Below are positions 51,636 through 64,000 of a stretch of 64,000 nt of DNA, piece after piece (the first letter of the stretch is position 1; every line of letters begins with the position of its first letter). Source of the DNA: the human T2T-CHM13v2.0 reference genome, Homo sapiens. The notes under the pieces are model-generated. The model had not been told where the DNA came from, did no database searches, and worked only from the letters and a program-made list of their open reading frames with translations. A program made the translations under genes and the position numbers. The DNA lies in assembly GCF_009914755.1 (NCBI RefSeq), contig NC_060929.1. One strand, written 5' to 3'.

Positions 51636-52964
51636 TTAAAAAGGTCAGAGATCCCCTCCCTGGCCTTTGAAAAGGCACCTCATCATATATGAAGGAAAGA
51701 GGCCTCACATCAGGATTGAAGAAATTCACTATCTCTAGAGCATCAGGAATGATCTAGAAACCAACCTCAGTCTCAGATCACTGTCTGCCAGGAAGAAAAG
51801 CCCAGCTGCTCAGCACCTCAGTGGCCAGTCCTGAACCAAACCCTTGTTGAGGGCTGCCCTCTGCTTACAGAAAGAAGTCCGCACTGTAGACTCCTCCTGC
51901 TAGCTCCTCCCAACACAACCTCATTTAAATCCAAGGGTACAGGAGCCCCATAGGACATCAAGATTAATTTATGACATAGCAGTCCCAGCCTCTCTTAACT
52001 GTTCTTCCAGCTCTGGGCCTGAGTTAATTTGTATTTTATTTTGTTTTTAAAATTTCTTCCTAAGCATACACACACACACACACACACACACACTATATTT
52101 TACACATACATGTAAATGCATTTATACTTAACATTATCACATAAACATCTTCTATGTTATTACAAATATTCTTAAATGTCCTGGACCATGAGCTTCACTT
52201 CACTCCTGTCTAACCCTATTTTACTTAGTGTTTTCTGGCATTAAGAATGTGAGTCCTTTGGCATCTCCCAGCCCCCCTTCTTTGCCCAGCCACCCCAGTC
52301 CAGGGGCCCACATGCAGTAGGGAGCCCCAGGACCATTCTTTCCAGAAGTTCAGGGAGGCCCAGAGCTTGGGTTTAGCTCCAGGGTAGGACAGACCTTTCC
52401 CACCAGCCAGGCTGGATGGGGAACAATTGCCAACTCTATAGCACCAGCCAACCTACTTCATCTCTGCACGCTAGTTTTCATTTTACTTCTTAGGCCTTAA
52501 CAAGAAATAGCCACTTATTTTAAATAAAGAAAATGTCTTCCACAAAATCAAGTTGTGTGTCTCGTCCCTGACGTTGGCAAACATAACTTAGGCTTGAAGC
52601 AGGAAACAGAGTTTATGGTGTGAATAGTTCTCAAGCATGCAGCGTCTGTGCATGCCCTGAATGTGCACCCATTTCCTCTGCCTCCTTCTCCTTCACCCAT
52701 CAGGAACTGCAGCAAGCAAGCAGTCACATCACACCTCCCAACCACATGCAAAGAACCAAAAAAGCAGCTGCCAGAAAAGCTTCGGGAAATTTTCAAATTA
52801 GATCTTCAACTGCAGTAAGAGTCATATTTAAGTAAAAGCACATCAGCCCGGCTGAGCTCTGTGCCACCACTGCACCCCACACCCCTCCTGCTTTCTCCCC
52901 CAAACAATTTCCAGCTGACGTTTAGTGAACAGAAAATGTTTTATGAGCTTAAGAGAACACAGAG

Positions 52965-53157
52965 ATAGTAATCTGCTGGGGCTGCCATAAAATGCCGTGA
53001 GTTGAGTGTCTTAAACAACGTAAGTTTATTTTCCCACAGTTCTGGAGACTGGGAAATCTGAGATGGAGACTGGTGGGTTTGAGTTCTGGTGAGGGCTCTC
53101 CTTCTGGCTTGCAGACAGCCGCCTTCTTGCTATGGCCTCACATGGTCTTTACCTCTC
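52965..53157 (-). mobile_element. MLT1 MaLR LTR fragment
   Basis: gggctgccataa...cttaaacaac...tttattttcccacagttctggagactggga...gagggctctccttctggcttgcagacagccgccttct. Confidence 0.85.
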
Positions 53158-54162
53158 ATTGAGGTGTTTGGACCACAATATTCTGGAAAACCTTTCCTCT
53201 GGCATTATGCTCTATACCTCTATCTTTTTAGGACCACACATGCCATTCAAAGAAAGGGCTGAAGCATGGAGTTCAGAAACAAGTGCTGGGCTGTGCAGAC
53301 AGCCTGGGAATCCACAGGCCCACCCGGCTTCAGGGCTCTCAGGAGCAACTTCAGGGGCCTACACAATTCGTCTTCTGAGGTTGTCTCCAAACTCACAGGA
53401 AGCAAGAGGGTTTCTATTCCAGCTCCCCTCAGGTAGCAACAGGCAAGGCATGCAAAAGTGTGTGATGGGAGGCAGGCAGTTATTGCAGAAATGGGATAGG
53501 TCCCCATGACAGAAGGGAAGAAACCAACAGAGGATTCTTCCCGGGAGCCCCAGGTTCAGCAAGTCACACCTCTCCCATGGGGCAAGGCAAGGCAGATGGG
53601 CGTGGGCCTCCTGCAGCACAGACATCCTTCTGTCCACTCAGGAGTGGAGTCCAGGCCCTCAGGCAACTGAGGCTAGAGCACTGAATCAGGGGACTGAACA
53701 AGACCATGCCTGAGTTGCAGATACGGCCACCTGGCACCTTGCAAACACACGCAAGTGACAGGTCCCCTTGCAGAGCAGAGCACTCAACTGCTCTGCCCAG
53801 GACCCCTGGGAAACAGCTCCTCAGTCTGCCGGTGAGGTGGCCACCCACCATCTCAAACTCCACAAGGGAGCACTCTATTTGGGGGCAAACCACACATAAT
53901 TAACCCAAATGGACCTGCCATGGTGGTCGTCCCCCCACCCCCACCCCGAGCTGGCAGTCCCCGTCAGCAGATCCCAATCTTTGTTTCAATAAGGGGCACC
54001 CATTTGGTTGGCTGTAAAACCCTGTGTGGGTTCTTTTGCAACAATGTTAAGATTGCACAGAAACCGGCGTTCTCCTGTCCTCTGAGTGCTGTCCTCACGC
54101 TGCTGTCCTCACCTGGGCCTGGGAATACCTGCACACATTGCTGAGTCATGTGTACAGGATAA

Positions 54163-54555
<393 letters not shown>

Positions 54556-54985
54556 TGGAAATTCTTAAGTGCTTAGAGTGAAATGCATTTTGTCAGAAGC
54601 CTATGAGGTTTTAAAACTCCGTATGTCTTTTTAATGACTAGCTGAATTCTCACCGATTCGTGAAGCCCGCAGAGTATGATGTACATGTTCTAACAACTAC
54701 TAGGGCCAAGCATTTTGGAAAAAAAAAAAAAAAACATGGACAGCTTACTTTCACCAAATGTTAAAAGAAGGCATAAAATGAAATGACATTTATTTTACAA
54801 TGGCGGAAGTCCTCAGGAAATGAAATGTGCTAATACATTTTAGCTCGTATGTATCCTTCTGATCACACCCATGTCCAAACAAGTGGTTTTCAAGCTTAAA
54901 TGGGAAGAAACAATCTATGAATATTAAAGAAAATATGTATTCTTTGTACACTATTAAAGCAGGCTTAAAGGACAGATGAACCTCC

Positions 54986-55406
<421 letters not shown>

Positions 55407-55479
55407 CTAACACGGCCCCTAACAGGAGGCTTCTGAATGCCACAGTCCTCCCTCTCAGTGCAGTGTAGAGGCCACCAAA

Positions 55480-55642
55480 TTCAGATCCTGGGGGTGTCGG
55501 GGAAGGCAGTCTTCAATGCAGATTCCTGGGCCCCATTCCAGAGCTACTGAATCAGAATTTTGGGATGGGGGTGAGCTTAGGACATTTATTTTTAACAAGC
55601 TATGAAGATGAGACCGACACGCTGTAAATTTGGAGAGTTACC
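55480..55642. mobile_element. MER5-type hAT-Charlie MITE remnant
   Basis: aatgcagattcctgggccccattccagagctactgaatcagaat...atttttaacaagc. Confidence 0.8.
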
Positions 55643-55901
55643 AATGCACACCACGGGACTGGCTCATGCAAGATTTTCCATCTCTTCGGAATGCACAGAG
55701 TGTGTCTTGTTGGAGAGAGAATCGGAAGAGACTAAAAAAGGTTTCCCCAAACTGAATGTGCTCTCACATGACTGGAGCTCCGTGTCTTTGCGTGTGGGAC
55801 CGTTTCAGTTAGAGGAGGTTTATGCCTTTGCGGTGATGTTTTCCCACTGTAATACAACGTCCCAGTGTCTACGACACATGCTGCCTTTCTGAGGTCCACA
55901 G

Positions 55902-56450
55902 TGTGAACCTGAAGGAGCTGGTCCTCAAGACCGGCTTAAATTCAAGGTGGAGGCACCTGGCGGTCTGCTGACTGCAGGTCACATGTGTATTCTGCTTTCC
56001 TGGCAGAAAACACACATTTGTGTCATCTTGGGACCCTCAGGGTTGCCTGTTCCTGTTCACGGTGCCTGAATTGATGGCTGATGGGAAGTCCCACTTCTCC
56101 TTCTGGACCTACACAACAGACCTTGGCCTACGTCAGTCTTATCAACCATTGCAAATAAAACAAGCCTCCATCCCCTATTTACATAGTGGACCAGGATGCT
56201 TGGTCTATGTCAATCTTATCAACCAATGCAAACCAAACAAGCCTGCATCCCTTATTTACGCAGTGGACCAGGATGGGAGACTAGGAGGAAAACTTTTCTA
56301 TAAAAGACAGCCCCTCTCTTGGTTGTCATGGAGCGCACCTTTGTTTTGTACCAAGGACTGTGTCTCCCCGGCTTGCAAACTACTCTACTATTTGTAGAAA
56401 CAAAGTCTCTCACTTAACCTAATACTTTTTTCTTGGTACTTTGGTTAGCA
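55902..56450 (+). mobile_element. ERV1-class solo LTR (same family as 41046-41484) with an internal ~78-bp tandem duplication
   Basis: tgtgaacctgaaggagctggtcctcaaga...; TATAAAA near 56299; ends ttggttagca; tcttatcaacca.tgcaaa...gtggaccaggatg occurs twice between about 56132 and 56275. Confidence 0.72.
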
Positions 56451-57108
56451 ATGGGGATTGTAGCTATCTTGTACTTTGGTTAGCAATGGGGATTGTAGCT
56501 AAAGTGCCACTTTCATCACTACGACGCTGATTGTCTTCAGTTGCCCAAGGATTAAAATGTAACCATGATGAATTTCGAGTCAGGAAACACGTCACAGTGG
56601 GATTCTATTTCCCTGGATTCCCTTAAAGACACGGACACATACTCACTCAGGGCACTGATGAGGCTACTAAAAGGAATAAAAGACGGTATCACTATGGGGC
56701 CCTTGAGGAAACAGTTCTGCGAATCCTCCACGCCTCATTCTGTCACGGGAGAGAGTCTCTGCACTTCTATTTTCAGCAGGCCAACATTTCTCTGTGTTGC
56801 TTGTGATGATCTTATGAGGGGCCTGGAGAAATATGTACACATAGATTTTAGCATGAGTCTTGCAGCACTGCGCTTAGCAGAGTGTCTTCTCTTACAGAGC
56901 ATCCCTGCGCTTGGAGTTGGGGCGTGGAGGACTGTCCACTTCACCTGACCCCGGAATGTGGCCCAGAGCTACTGACAAGGGCCGTCCTTTGTGAAACAGA
57001 GGACTATATTGTGCTCATCTCCAGCTACGTGTGTGCGTGTCTTTGTGTGTTTTCTGTGAGTGTGTGTGACTGTGTTTTCTGTGTATTTCCTCTGTGTGTG
57101 CTTCCTGT

Positions 57109-57306
57109 CTGTGTGTTTTCTCTCTGTATGTTTTTTGTGCATATGTGTGAGTGTGTTTTCTGTGTGTGTGTTTTCCTCTGTGTGTGTGTGTGTGTGTGTG
57201 TGCGTGTCCCCAACCTCACCAAGCATAGCTCAGGGACCTCTGTGTGTTTTCTCTCTGTATGTTTTTTGTGCATATGTGTGAGTGTGTTTTCTGTGTGTGT
57301 GTTTTC

Positions 57307-57343
<37 letters not shown>

Positions 57344-57390
57344 TGTGTGTGAGTGTCTCCAACCTCACCAAGCATAGCTCAGGAACCTCA
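57109..57390. repeat. Two-copy tandem duplication (about 130-150 bp) containing (TG)n
   Basis: ctgtgtgttttctctctgtatgttttttgtgcatatg...ccaacctcaccaagcatagctcagg.acctc occurs twice. Confidence 0.92.
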
Positions 57391-58468
57391 GTTGTCCCTT
57401 GAAAACACCGTGCTGCCAGGTACTAGACACAAATGTGACTTTAAACGTGACCTTTACGCTCAAGCATCTTGTAGTCTAGATGAGGAAGAGAGAGGAATGG
57501 AACACCACATCCTCTTCAGAGCCAGGTGCTATGGGAAAGTTCCTGGCTGTCTTTGCAGACCACACACCAAGACAGCTATTGTGATCACCACTTTATAGTG
57601 ACCAGAATGTGTTCAGCAAGGCAGCCTGCCCACAGCCTGGAGAACTTACAATTTTTTCCAGGCGTGATCAAAAGCAACCAAACAAACAAATGTTTTCACT
57701 CCATAAACTGATATGTGCCAGGGAGACTTGTCCTGCTGTTTATGGAATGTGGGGGCACTTAGAGTGGGGGTGAAGGCTTGGCTCAGAGGAACCAGCAGCT
57801 GTGTTATCAGAGACAAAGGGAAGTGACAACACAGTAATTTACAATGATCCCTGCCCAAATTATCTCAGCACTCCGACTAAGAGCAGTGTTCCTGGGCAAG
57901 GAGAACACACAATTTCTCACCTGCTGAAGAATGTGGAAGCCACAGGCAGTGTGGCTGGAAGTTCCCATCGTCCCTCCATGAGTGACTTCATAAAGCTTCC
58001 ATCAGGCACCTGGGCCTGGCTGCCCTCCTGCTCGGATTATTCTAAATATAAACAAACGACCCCCAAGGCCCGTGCTAACTCAAACACACTTTTACATGTC
58101 TCAGGCCAGTCTGCTGTTTAGATTTCCTGGCAATATCCTTGCAAGTCTTCTGTATTCCTTTTTGGATGTATCTTCATTTACTGTTACAATTTTTCTGCCT
58201 TCCTTTTGCCTCCTTCCAGGTGAACAAGACAATAATCTAAGAAGACATTCATATAAAAATTAATGGAACCAACTGCAGGAACTGCCAAATGTTATGTTGC
58301 TCACAGAAGTTTTGACTTTGAAAGATAAGCAGCTTCTATTTATTCCATGCTCCAATTAGGGCAAACACAAAACATTTTCTATCTGCTAAGATATATGTAT
58401 TATATATGTACATATATATGAAATAAAAGTATAAATAACTGACTTAATTCTACATTCTTTCAAAATGA

Positions 58469-59423
<955 letters not shown>

Positions 59424-59596
59424 TGTGAAAGCTGTCAGAGTCAAAATGGAGTCACTTTTGTTCAAACAAATAAGCCCTGACAAATAGAGCCAGAAAAGGC
59501 CTTGGAGGGAAGATTCTCATGAATAAATGACTGACAGCAAGAACTATCATAAAAAATGGCAAAAAACAGAACCTTGCACAAAGGCCATTGCAACCC

Positions 59597-59634
<38 letters not shown>

Positions 59635-59891
59635 TATTCCTGTAAGAACACCCCCATGCCTCTCCAACCTGGGACTGGAGTCCGTCTTGTTTTTGACACC
59701 TGTAGCCAAGGGTAATTATCTCAAGACAATTATGTCATCTTCCTCAATTTCCCTTTAAAAACTTTTGTCTTCTTTGACCTCCCTGAATACACACATTGTT
59801 TGCTATGGCATATGTCTCCCACTGCTACGTCCTATTCCTGAATAATATCATTTTTCTTTAAAGAGCCTCTCTGTTGTTATTTAGGTTGACA
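59424..59891 (+). mobile_element. ERV1-class solo LTR (MER34-like) with internal (CA)n
   Basis: tgtgaaagctgtcagagtcaaaatggagtcac...accttgcacaaaggccattgcaacc...ttatttaggttgaca. Confidence 0.8.
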
Positions 59892-59918
59892 CGTTTCCCT
59901 AACAAACTACAAAACTGT

Positions 59919-64000
<4,082 letters not shown>

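Noticed and set aside
56565-56948. 127-aa ATG ORF just downstream of the + strand LTR
   Set aside because: No resemblance to gag/pol/env or any protein I recognise; would need Ribo-seq or CAGE evidence.

Overview
Primate (human or great-ape) non-coding genomic DNA. It is GC-rich, dense in minisatellites and micro-duplications, and looks like a distal-chromosome intergenic or intronic region; the chromosome cannot be assigned from sequence alone. I recognise no intact protein-coding gene, RNA gene or prokaryotic-type system. The long ORFs come from low-complexity repeats, Alu, L1 or LTR sequence. The window holds about 12 Alus (one very young AluY), several L1 fragments (one with a twin-priming inversion), MaLR and ERV1 solo LTRs, hAT DNA transposon fossils and many tandem repeats. 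Main points: (1) a 5'-truncated, intronless ODC1 retrocopy at 7611-8146 covering the C-terminal degron and 3'UTR; (2) a multi-junction templated insertion at 1392-1555 that includes a perfect 103-bp inverted copy of 4159-4261; (3) two older short dispersed duplications from 1.5-2.5 kb away (20494/21971 and 29291/31779); (4) an orphan polyadenylated retro-insert at about 11611-12192; (5) a candidate developmental enhancer at about 24660-25270; (6) signs of AT-to-GC substitution bias. Repeat subfamily names and the ODC1 comparison rest on remembered consensus sequences and need RepeatMasker/BLAST confirmation.
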